A DNA stretch of 63,692 bases from Octopus bimaculoides. Its lineage: Eukaryota. Made by a program: the position numbers and the translations under genes. Of the stretch, positions 13,196 to 26,112 are shown one piece after another. A model generated the notes under the pieces. That model saw only the letters and a list, made by a program, of their open reading frames with translations. It searched no databases and had not been told where the DNA came from. Location of the stretch: assembly GCF_001194135.2 (NCBI RefSeq), contig NC_068995.1, forward strand, positions 10,734,578-10,798,269, written 5' to 3'. Every line of letters begins with the position of its first letter. The first letter of the stretch is position 1.

Positions 13196-13751
13196 NNNNN
13201 NNNNNNNNNNNNNNNNNNNNNNNNNNNNNNNNNNNNNNNNNNNNNNNNNNNNNNNNNNNNNNNNNNNNNNNNNNNNNNNNNNNNNNNNNNNNNNNNNNNN
13301 NNNNNNNNNNNNNNNNNNNNNNNNNNNNNNNNNNNNNNNNNNNNNNNNNNNNNNNNNNNNNNNNNNNNNNNNNNNNNNNNNNNNNNNNNNNNNNNNNNNN
13401 NNNNNNNNNNNNNNNNNNNNNNNNNNNNNNNNNNNNNNNNNNNNNNNNNNNNNNNNNNNNNNNNNNNNNNNNNNNNNNNNNNNNNNNNNNNNNNNNNNNN
13501 NNNNNNNNNNNNNNNNNNNNNNNNNNNNNNNNNNNNNNNNNNNNNNNNNNNNNNNNNNNNNNNNNNNNNNNNNNNNNNNNNNNNNNNNNNNNNNNNNNNN
13601 NNNNNNNNNNNNNNNNNNNNNNNNNNNNNNNNNNNNNNNNNNNNNNNNNNNNNNNNNNNNNNNNNATATATATATACATATATATATATACATATATATA
13701 TATACATATATATATATATACATATATATATATACATATATATATATATAC

Positions 13752-13805
<54 letters not shown>

Positions 13806-16800
13806 TCTGTAAACGATAAATTGAATTTAATAAAGGTCAAATAAAGAAGATGGGAAATTAAAGTACAATGATATTTACTTACTTTTAAATATTTGTATAA
13901 ACATATTGATAACCAGTTTGTGAGGAGTTTTTCAACTACAGATTCTGTTCTGTGAACAAAAATAGAAGAAAAAAAAAAATGGTAATTATTTATTGGATTA
14001 TTTTGAATTGAAATTTCATGTCTTTCATTTTAGTTATAAAAAAGGAAAAAATTACTAAACAATATAAAACCTGCAAGAAACAGCACTTAAATCTCCCTCA
14101 GATCACAACTGAATGTTTTTTTTAGAAAAAAAAAGACTGAGCACATTAGATAACCTCGGGTATACATAGAAATAGAACAGTCAATGAGGGAATATCTTTG
14201 AAGATATATATATATATGCTTGAGTAGATATCAGAGTACAAGTAGCATACAATATTCAGATTTAAAGACAGAGGTAATAATCTCAAATCAAACTGAATTT
14301 TATAAAAAGTAAAAAAATAAAATGGGAATTCTATCATTCTTCTTTAGATATCTGATAAGCTGGGTTCACCCCACAAGCCCATGAAATTTAAAGTCATTTG
14401 GAGCTGCCACAAATGGTTATTAAATCAAATATACACATAAGGTGGCAGCAAGCTGATAGAACTGTTAACATGCTAGGCAAATTGCTTAGCAGCATTTCAT
14501 CTGTCTATGTTCATCATCATCATCATCGTTTAACGTCCACTTTCCATGCTAGCATGGGTTGGACGATTTGACTGAGGACTGGCAAGCCAGAAAGCTGCAC
14601 CAGGCTCCAATCTGATCTGGCAGAGTTTCTAATGTCATGAAAAAGAAGAAAAATTTAAGCACTTGTTGCTTCATACTGAGGTGAGATGGCTCTCAAATGG
14701 AAATTGTTTGAAGCATTTTTATGACCTCAGTGACACTGTTTCAGAGTTTCTTAGATCATATGATAAGGATGTGTGTAATAAACTAAGCAATGAAACAGTT
14801 GACGTTACAAATCTTTCTGATATTTTCACTAAATTAAATGAAGTTAACATTATGTCGCAAGGAAATAACTTGAATTTGATTAAAGCAAAGGGAATTATAA
14901 ATGCATTTATCAACAAATTGTCATTCAACAACAAAGAGAGATTAGCTAGGATACGTTCTGTACATTTTTCAAACCTGCACATAATAGAAAACAATGACAG
15001 TAATTTAGTACCAGATGCAAGATATAGATTGTCATCTAGAAACACTGAAAGAAGACTTAATGACAAGTTTTAAAGATTCTAATGCTCTTAATGTACCTGA
15101 CTGGGTCATAAATTTCTTTCTTTCTTATGTCTCTTCTGCTCAACCAGGTTTACATAAAAAAATTATCAGCTTCAAAAGTGATTTCGAATGCCAAGTATAT
15201 TTTCAACAACTTGATTATGAATCATTCTGGTCCAAAATGCAAAGCAAGTATTCTCAACTTTGGCAAGAAATTAAATTATTATTCATTGCTTTTCTTTCTT
15301 TTAGAAGTTCGGTGTTGCGATTGCTGACTATGCAATGAAATAAATTTGCAATAAGTCATAGAGGAGACTTAGAACTTTTTTTTGACTAACATTGAATCTG
15401 TTATAGAAAATTTAGTTGGGTCTCATCAGGCACAGGGAAGTTATTAACTTGCAGTGCATAAAGTAAATTTACAACTTTTATCTTCATCAATTTTTTTATT
15501 TTTTCAATGTTAAAAGCTTATACAATCCATTTTCTGAGTAAAACTAATAAATTATCATCCATGTTAAGTTAGTTTAGTCATGATGCTGCACCTGCCAATT
15601 AGGTGGGCACTAAGCAAAACAAAAGTTTAAAACGGGGTTAAGAACCACTAAACTATATCGATAATTATCAGATCTGATGAGGGCAGGGTTACATAACTGG
15701 GCTGTTATCTAACACTCCACTGAACCTCTGGTGTGAAACCAATTGGTAAGATTGACCATAATGGATATATAATATTATACACTGTGATTAATGGTTAGAT
15801 GTATAAATATGAATAGCATGGAAAATGGACATTAAATGATATATAAACATACATACATATGTGAGTGTGGTTTCAGGTTCAGTCCCACTACATTCCACCT
15901 TGAGCAAGTGTCTTCAACTAGAGCCCTGTTCTGACCAACTGATAGAGGCCCATCACATGTTTGTATCTAAATATGAGTGTGTGAGTGTGTGTATGTTTGT
16001 ATCTCCTTGTCTTCATACCACTTGATTGTTGCAAGTGAAAGTAATTCCTTTCCGATATTCAGTGAAAACATGTCTGGCCATGAGGAAACAGGTAAGGGCT
16101 GGGAACAGGAAGGGCATCCAGCCAACTGTAAAAAATCCGCCTCAACAAATTCTGCCTGACCCATGCAAGCAGAGAGAACTAGACATTAAGATGATGATGA
16201 TATTCATCATCATCATCATCGTCGTCGTTTAACGTCCGCTTTCCATGCTAGCATGGGTTGGACGATTTGACTGAGGACTGGTGAAACCAGATGGCTGCAT
16301 CAGGCTCCAATCTGATTTGGCAGAGTTTCTACTGCTGGATGCCCTTCCTAATGCCAACCACTCAGAGAGTGTAGTGGGTGCTTTTACGTGTCACCCGCAC
16401 GAAGGCCAGTCAGGCGGTACTGGCAACGGCCACGCTCAAAATGGTGCATTTTATGTGCCACCCGCACAAGAGCCAGTCCAGGGGCACTGACAATGATCTC
16501 GCTCAAAAGTCCTTACACATGCTGCGGGCACAAGTGCCAGAAAGGTAATGCTGGGCACAGATGCCATCACGATTTTGCTTGCCCCAATAAATCTTCGCAA
16601 GCTGAGTTTCGTGTCCAATGAAGGAAGGTACGCATAAGTGGACTGGCTGAGGCCTTAGATTTAGGTCNNNNNNNNNNGCATAAGTGGACTGGCTGAGGCC
16701 TTAGATTTAGGTCTCACTTGGCTTGCCGGGTCTTCTCACGCACAGCATATTTCCAATTGGCAGAGTTTCTAAACACATAAATGCATACATACATACATTC

Positions 16801-19800
16801 ACACACATGGCTAATGTAAAAAACCCTCTTACATTTTCAAAAAAGATGGCAAGACTTACCTTCTTAACATTAATTTGGGATGTCGACTCGCCACTGATTT
16901 TTCAACTAGTTCATCTAACAAAGCTTTCAGGATGCTAGGAAAAAAAAAAACATTAACAATATCAATAACAAAGTAAAATAATTTTAAAAATTAATACATA
17001 AGTGTAAGTAATTATTCATCATAAATTTCATATAAGTAAGCTGTATCAAGACTCATTGGGTATGGCAAATAATCTTTACTCTAGAGCAGGGGTTTTCAAA
17101 CTGTGGTCCGCGGACCACAGGGGGTCTGCAAGGACAAGACAGGGGGTCCATGGACAGCAAATACTTTTTATGGGCAATTTGATTTTATATATGTTTTTTA
17201 ATCGAAATCTTTTAATTGACAATAAACCTATTTTGTTAAATAAATAAATGTAAAAATATATGTTATTTTAAGCAAATATTTATGTATAAATTTTATAAGG
17301 GGGTCCCTAAGGTAAAGCCTGAAATATAAGGGGTCCGCAAGTCAAAAAGTTTGAAAACCCCTGCTTTAGAGTACTGTTACTGAATGTCTTTCGTTGAGAG
17401 ATTTACAAATAGAAATTTTCCATTTTATATATATGTGTGCGTGTNNNNNNNNNNNNNNNNNNNNNNNNNNNNNNNNNNNNNNNNNNNNNNNNNNNNNNNN
17501 NNNNNNNNNNNNNNNNNNNNNNNNNNNNNNNNNNNNNNNNNNNNNNNNNNNNAAAAAGACAAAGTAGAAAATGCTAAAATACTTTTATAAAGAACATTAC
17601 AGAACCGGTTTCGATCCTTGAGATTTTTTCAACAGTAAATATGAATAATAGATTATTGAAAAATTAAATTTTAGTAAATTTAAAAGAAAAGTCTTTTTAA
17701 AGACATATTTGTATAGTATTCAAATAACAGGGGCATTTTTCTTGTTTCTGCCTGTCTCTGTTTCACTTGTTAACTCTTGTGGGTTCGAAGGAGTGCCACA
17801 CAATCTCTCGCTCTCTCTCTCTCTCTCCCTCTCACACTCGCTCTCTCTCTCCCTCTCACACTCGCACACACACAGAGATATTGGTTTGCCGGATTAATTA
17901 GTTTCCTTCCAGTGATATCTAAATTAACATCAAGACAGCAAACGAGCAGAGTCGTTAGCATTCCAGGCAAAATGCTTTGTGGCATTTCTTCCGCCTTCAT
18001 GTTCTGAGTTCAAATGCTGCCAAAGTTGACTTTGCCTTTCATCCTTTCAGGGTCAACAAAATAAAGTACCAGTCATGTACTAGGGCTGATGTAATTGACT
18101 TACCCCTGAATCTGCTGCCCTTGTGGAAGTATCTGAAACTTATATTTGAATTAACATGAATGATATTTTTATTGTGGTGTTTTATGCTTTTTTTTTTTTT
18201 TTTTTATAGTTTCATTCTTCTTCTGCAACTTTTGTTTTATTGTTTTTGAAATTTGAAAAAATTGACATCTGTTTCTGTCTCTCTGTCATGCTCTAACCAT
18301 TCATCATCTGACACAAGATCCCCTCATCCAATGCCCCACTCCCTTCTTAAAGGATCTTTGTCTTATGAGTTACTAGGTGACCCTGCCAGTGCTGGTGTCA
18401 CTTAAAAAGCATATCAGGACAATTACCCCCGCTAGGACAAATTCCCCTGATGACAACTATCCCCTGATGATAACTACCCCCTAGGACAATAATGCCCCTT
18501 AGTTAATTACCCCGTCTACAATATATTAAGTTTTAAATCATCATCTGTTGTCCTCAGGGGTAATTGTCCTTGTGGGGTTATTGTCCATGGGGGTAAATAA
18601 CCTGGACTCCTTAAAAAGCATCCAGTCAATACTGTGAAGTGGTTGGCATTTGGAAGGGTATCCAGCTGTAAAAAAAGCATGCCAAAACTGACCTTGCCTG
18701 TGCTTGTGCCATATAAAAAAAAACACTCAGTCCACTCTGTGGGGTGGTTGGTGTTAGGAAAGGCGTCCAGCAGTAAAAACCATGCCAAAACACGCTCCTG
18801 CCTGGTGCAGGCTCCTACCTGGCCAGCATGGAAAGAGGATGCTAAACGATGATGATGATGATGATGATTTACCTCTTTTTCACACATAAGACAATGGGGA
18901 GCCAAATCAGAAAAAAAAAAATTTTTAACTCCCAAAATCCAAAGAATTTTATCTGACAAGTGTTTTCCATGATAACTTCAGGCTGACCAAAACCTTGTGA
19001 GTAAATTTGGTAGGAGGAAGTTCCATTGTGTGTTTGTGTATGTGTGTAAAAGTGCTTATGCCTCTTTTGAAAGATAGGAGGAATACACACATAGACACAT
19101 GCATGCACACACATACACACACATGCATGCACACACATACACACACATGCATGTGTGGAGAGGAAGAAAGATAGATTTACTTACTCTGTTGCATATTCCA
19201 TGTTATTTTGGTAAATAATCAACAACAATGAAGCAACATTAACTCTGTAACAAAACAAAGTGACAAAAAAAAAAGAAAGAAAATATTGAATTCATTTTGC
19301 TTAGTTATTCAAATGAAATCAAAGTGAAATATTTTGAAATTGAATAATTATATATTTTTTCTCATATTTCAGCCAAACACATGTAAGGAAAAACAAAAGC
19401 AATAAATAATGATGATGATGATTAATCATAATAATAACAATAATAATAATAATATTGTTTTACATAAATTTTTCCTTGCTTTAATGTGTCTGGAATGAAT
19501 TTGTGTACATATGTTTTTTTTTTCAATTTCTTTTACAATTCATTTATTCATTATTTTAGTTATTGTTGAAAATATGTAAATTCAGACATATTTGCATATT
19601 TTCTGCAGAAATGCATTTTTTTTTTTTTTTTTTTACAGTTGGTTGCTCTGTCTAATGCTAGCTGCTCATTTGACCGTGAACTTTTTAACTGCTGAAGTGG
19701 TGTAGTAGAGAAGCGAGTTGTTATTGGTGTTGTTTAGCACCAGGTCAACCGGGATTGAACAGAACTATGACCAAAGACATTCCCACCATGACCATCACAT

Positions 19801-21228
19801 CTTTTTTTTTTTTAAGGACTACATTATCTAATGTCTTTGTTCATCCTTTTTGTTCTTTTTATTGTTTAGCCCAAGGTCAACTATGATCAAAAACATGCCA
19901 GATGTGACCATCACGCCTTTTCTTTGTTTTAGGGGTATATAGGACTACATTATCTAATGTCCTTGTTTTATGTTGTTGTCGTTGTTGTTTAGCCCCTATG
20001 ACCAAAGATACTCCATTTGTGACCATCCTACCCTTTTTTTAGGGGCATATAGGACCACGTTATCCCATGTGTCTGTCATTCCTTGTTGTTATGGTTGTGC
20101 AACCCTTTAGCATTTAAATCAGCCATATTGGGCCCAAACATTCCCCGTTTTATATATAACATGTGGAGGCACAATGGCCCAGTGGTTAGGGCAGCGGACT
20201 CGCGGTCATAGGATCGCAGTTTCGATTCCCAGACCAGGCGTTGTGAGTGTTTATTGAGCGAAAACACCTAAAGCACCACGAGGCTCCGGCAGGGGATGGT
20301 GGCGAACCCTGCTGTACTCTTCCACCACAACTTTCTCTCATTCTTTCTTCCTCTTTCTGTTGTGCCTGTAATTCAAAGGGTCAGCCTTGTCACACTGTGT
20401 CATGCTGAATATCCCCGAGAACTACGTTAAGGGTACACGTGTCTGTGGAGTGCTCAGCCACTTGCACGTTAANNNNNNNNNNNNNNNNNNNNNNNNNNNN
20501 NNNNNNNNNNNNNNNNNNNNNNNNNNNNNNNNNNNNNNNNNNNNNNNNNNNNNNNNNNNNNNNNNNNNNNNNNNNNNNNNNNNNNNNNNNNNNNNNNNNN
20601 NNNNNNNNNNNNNNNNNNNNNNNNNNNNNNNNNNNNNNNNNNNNNNNNNNNNNNNNNNNNNNNNNNNNNNNNNNNNNNNNNNNNNNNNNNNNNNNNNNNN
20701 NNNNNNNNNNNNNNNNNNNNNNNNNNNNNNNNNNNNNNNNNNNNNNNNNNNNNNNNNNNNNNNNNNNNNNNNNNNNNNNNNNNNNNNNNNNNNNNNNNNN
20801 NNNNNNNNNNNNNNNNNNNNNNNNNNNNNNNNNNNNNNNNNNNNNNNNNNNNNNNNNNNNNNNNNNNNNNNNNNNNNNNNNNNNNNNNNNNNNNNNNNNN
20901 NNNNNNNNNNNNNNNNNNNNNNNNNNNNNNNNNNNNNNNNNNNNNNNNNNNNNNNNNNNNNNNNNNNNNNNNNNNNNNNNNNNNNNNNNNNNNNNNNTAA
21001 TTCAAATTCTATGACTAATATTCCATTATATTATTTTAATGTTTATTGTATGATATATAAAATATATAATGTAAAACAAAGCAAAACTTAATATTATTAT
21101 TTATGTAAAACAATAATTAAATATGATCAAACAAGCAAAGTAATTTAAACTTGCATAATTAACAATGTCTAAATATATTTAGTAATCTAATCTGATTAAT
21201 TGGAAAAGATATATATATATATATACAC

Positions 21229-21262
<34 letters not shown>

Positions 21263-24200
21263 GTATCTATCTATCTATCTATCTATATATAGACACACAT
21301 ATGCATATACACACTTATATATGTATACACACACATACATATACACACACACATATATACATATATATACACATATATGAACACACACATACATATATAT
21401 ATATATGTACACACACACACACACACATGAGTATGTGTGTAAAAGATACAGTTGTATGTATTTAACAACACATTAACTGTATATACAGGGTGTTCTGAAA
21501 TTAAGGCAACTGAATTTCAGGCTCTAATAGCTATCAATAAATGTGATAAGATATGAAAATTATACATCATTATAAAAGCTTAGTGTATCTTCTTTTTGTT
21601 TCAGACTAAATAATTTCAGATTTATAAATTAAATAATGGCTATAGACTAAAATACAAGCATAACCCTCTGCAAAGGAGGTGAAAAAGTAATATAGCTTTA
21701 GCAAAAAAGCCTAAAATTAACTGAACAACAGTCTGGAAAATTGTCAAGAAATTTCAAGAGGTCTAATTGATCTGGACATGACTGAAAAAGAAGTGTGTGG
21801 AACCCTCAGCTCAAAGAAAAAATATGGTGAAATCCTCGTTGCTCCGTCAGAAAACTGGCTGCCACAGCAAAAATAAGCAGAACATAGATGTATTGAGTGC
21901 TGAAGGAGGATCTCAGGACCCACCCCTACAAGATGATCAGCCGTCATGAGCTCATGCAAGTTTATAAGGCCATGAGACTGGAGAGAAATCGTCTGATTTT
22001 GTGTCAGATTGCTGAAAGCAAGCTGCCCAAACTGGTATTCACTGATGGAAAGAAACTATCAGACTGACCAACTTTGGAGTGCATCTGGTTCCGTTGAGGG
22101 TAGACTTGTAAACCAATACCGAAATCTACAGTCAGTTACGGTTTGGGTGGTTGTGACAGCCACAAGAAGGTCTCCCTTCATTTTAGTGCCTTCAGGTGTG
22201 AAATACATTAATGACATTCTGGAAGCTGAACTGCTTCCATGGGCGAATGATCACTTTCAAGACGCACCTTGGCGCCTCCAACAAGACTCAGCACCATTCT
22301 ACAGCTCCAAACAGACACAACACTGGATTCAGTAAAACATTCTGTCGTTCATAGGCAAGGATGTATGTCTCTCCAGAAGCCCTGATCTCAACCTGTTGGA
22401 TTCTTCTGTTTGGTCCATTTTGGAGACGAGGGTCTCAAGCACTCCTCATGCTTAGCTTGCAGCTCTGAAGGCAAAACAGCACCAGGAATGGGCATCGATT
22501 CTGCAAGAATAGCTGCCTGACGCATGTGAAGCATTCACACCTAGACTTAAGGTTGTGATTTGAAACAGAGGTGATCATCATCATCATCGTTTAACGTCCG
22601 CTTTCCATGCTAGCATGGGTTGGATGATTTAACTGAGGACTGGCGAACCAGATGGCTGCACCAGGCTCCACTCTGATTTGGCAGAGTTTCTACAGCTGGA
22701 TGTCCTTCCTAACGCCAATCACTCTGAGAGTGTAGTGGGTGCTTTTACGTGCCACCGGCACAAGGGTCAGTCAGGCGGGTACTGGTGACGGCCACGCTCA
22801 AAATGGTCGTATCAACTAAATGTGGTAGTGTCATAATTGTGTTTCCTTTATCATTGCATTGCAATGCTCGGACCCGAAATATAACAATATTTTGCTTTGA
22901 CAAAATTGAAAAAAGATGGTTGCCTTAATTTTGGGACACCCTGTATACACACACGTGCGCACATGCACACAGATATACACACATTCACAAATGTAGGTAT
23001 ATCGGTTTATTGAAATTATGTCTGCCTCTAAAGGATGATGTATCATACTGAAATATAAATATATTTTTACTGATAAAATATACGAAAAGAAGAGAGGAAT
23101 GAGAAAATACGCCCACTTACTTGTCCCTGATGCTGAAACCTTTCTGACATTCTAAAGTTCGGATAAATGTTAGAAGGAAGTATTTGTTATTTAGTAAGTG
23201 ATGAAATTGCTGAAGTCCAGTTTCCATGAATACCATACCAGGGGATCGCTGTCATAATAATAATGATGATAATAATAATGATGATGATAAGTAGAAGAAA
23301 TAAAATTAAAGTTAAATGAAATTAAATAACAACAAGAGCACTCAGAAAGCGCAAACTTCTGTCAAGGCATCACCAGTGTCCTCTCAACGATTAGCCAGAG
23401 ATGATTTTTAAAATAAGAATATCTGAAATAAACTCGACTGCTCTCACAAACGAGAATACTGAAAATGAAGCCGACTGCTCTCAAAAGTTAAGTAAAAAAT
23501 CAGGAAAAATAATCCAGAATCCTTGTCTGGTACCAAATCGATCCCAAAACCTAATCAGCTCATGCCAGTCACGAGGTCAAACATCCCTGAAAGTTTCATT
23601 TGAATCCACCGAGCAGTTCTTGAGATATCTTGTCCACAAACGAACATGACTGAAACAATGCCTCCACTTTCGCTAAGGCGGAGGTAATAACATTAATGCC
23701 ATTCTACTACATTAATTCTTGTTTACATTTTGGTTTAGATTTAACACCTTTCATTAATTTTTTTTGGATTATGATGCACATACATAATTATATTTTCAAA
23801 AGTATTATCATCCCAAGTTTTTATTTTATTTATGTATGTATGTATGCACGAATGCATGTGTGTGTATACATATTTACATATATGTATATATCATTCGCCA
23901 TGATAGATCGCTAGCCACTACACATTCTTTATTTTCTCTCCCTGTTTCTGTGTTTCTTTCTGTGGAAGAACATAGGCTCAAACCGTTAAAGACTTTTTCC
24001 CTTCCACAGCATTAAAATAATACATCTGTTTGTTGTCTACACCACCTGTCTTCGTCTTTTGCTTTTTTTTGCAAATTCTCCCTATATATATATATATATN
24101 NNNNNNNNNNNNNNNNNNNNNNNNNNNNNNNNNNNNNNNNNNNNNNNNNNNNNNNNNNNNNNNNNNNNNNNNNNNNNNNNNNNNNNATTGAGACGAACAC

Positions 24201-24343
24201 CATTCCTCCAGGTGATCAGCTTGAAAAATTGTTAAGATATTGAAATATTTTTCTTAACATGAAACCAATGGTAGCCTTAATCCACAAATAAAGAAATTAT
24301 ATATCCACCAATGTGATGTTGAGTACTCGTTTCATTGTTCAAC

Positions 24344-24409
<66 letters not shown>

Positions 24410-26074
24410 GCATTTACACATACATATGTATACAATTATACATGACTTTCCTTTTTTCCTTCTTGCTCCATACTTTATAAATTAGTTCTTCCTAAACCTT
24501 CGTTCCTTAGTTCCCAATGAGCCACAGGCAAAAACCAAATATACATTTTGTCAGATTAATGATTATCGATTAACCATATATGTGTGTGTGTACATGTGTT
24601 TATATACATGCATATACATATATATATATACATACCTACCTACATACATACATATCTATCTATCTATCTATCTATATATATATATATGCGCATACACATA
24701 TACGCAGATATGTCTGAATGTATGTATATGTGTAGTCACCTGAAGGATCAATGTGGCATGAAACAGTGAGATAAAGAATTGAGCAGATGTAAATTATTTC
24801 TTGTTTCTACAGTTACATACACACACACACATACACACATGTATATATGTGTGTGTGTGCATATATATGTGCATGCAAGAAAAAAAAATCTGACACAAAA
24901 TATTACAAGATTGATTTTAATATTTATATATAGCCAAGCAAAATCAATAATTAAAAAAACAAACGTTGCCTGAAATCAATATTTGTGTATGATATTACAA
25001 TAAACCAATAACTGATGGATAATTCATATGAAATGGCTCCAAGAACATGATGATCTATTTTAAAATATTGGGTGGGTAGTAGGAAAGAATGGCATACAGT
25101 ACTCTAGGCTAATTGTCTCAAAGAATATATATTTTGTTCTATTTTCTATGTTTAGAAACTTGTGAAAGTTCATTCGTGATCATCATTATTATCATCATTA
25201 TCTTCATCATCATTTGATGTCCTCTTTTCCATACCTGCATGGGTCAGATGCAATTTATTGAGGCAGATTTTTCTATGGCTGGATGATGCTCTTCCTGTTG
25301 CCAACCCTTATGTGTTTCCAAACAAAGTGATATTTCCTTATGACCACACATGTTTTTCACAGACAAATGTAAATGAACAGCTTTGTTTGTTTGACAATGA
25401 TGATCATTTACAACCATCACATGATGTCCACCCAAAGGGTGGATATAAAGAATGTGGACTGCACCCACTTTCGTAATTTTTTTTTACAGAATCCCCCAAT
25501 TTCGAGTACGGAGGTTTTGATTCTGCAAAAAAAAAAAAAAAAAGGGCATTTTAAAATTTTAATTCCCCCACCCCACCCAAAATTCTTCAATTTTCACTTT
25601 TTCAGGAATTTTTTTTTTTTTGTGAAATATGTAGAAAAAATACAGAGATTATGATTGTAAAAAAAAACATTTCTGAAAAAGTATGAGTTGAAGAATTTGG
25701 TGGGGTGGGAGGAATTAAAATAAAATTTTTTTTTTTTGCAGAATCAGAATCTCCGTACTCGAAAATGGGGGATTCTGTAAAAAAAAAAAAAATTTTTTAA
25801 ATAATGAAAAATATTTTAAATAATGAANNNNNNNNNNNNNNNNNNNNNNNNNNNNNNNNNNNNNNNNNNNNNNNNNNNNNNNNNNNNNNNNNNNNNNNNN
25901 NNNNNNNNNNNNNNNNNNNNNNAATATTCTTTTATTCTTTTACTTGTTTCAGTAATTTGACTGGGGCCATGCTGGAGTACTGGGGCCATGCTGGAGATTT
26001 TTCAATATGCTAGGCCACTGGTTTTAAATTGAAATTAATCTAATTAATATTCAATTTATCACCCTCATTATTTA

Positions 26075-26112
<38 letters not shown>

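Noticed and set aside
12873-13844. Long 250-300-aa ORFs here and at 20387-21091, 26891-27144, 57510-58193
   Set aside because: Translations of (TA)n tracts and N-gaps
19620-19745. Plus-strand poly-T-ACAG acceptor suggesting an antisense exon
   Set aside because: Following frames close quickly or are uninformative, the donor is weak, and no second exon was found
20163-20240. tRNA gene (good A and B boxes)
   Set aside because: No convincing cloverleaf or acceptor stem and no terminator; it continues into a repeated SINE body
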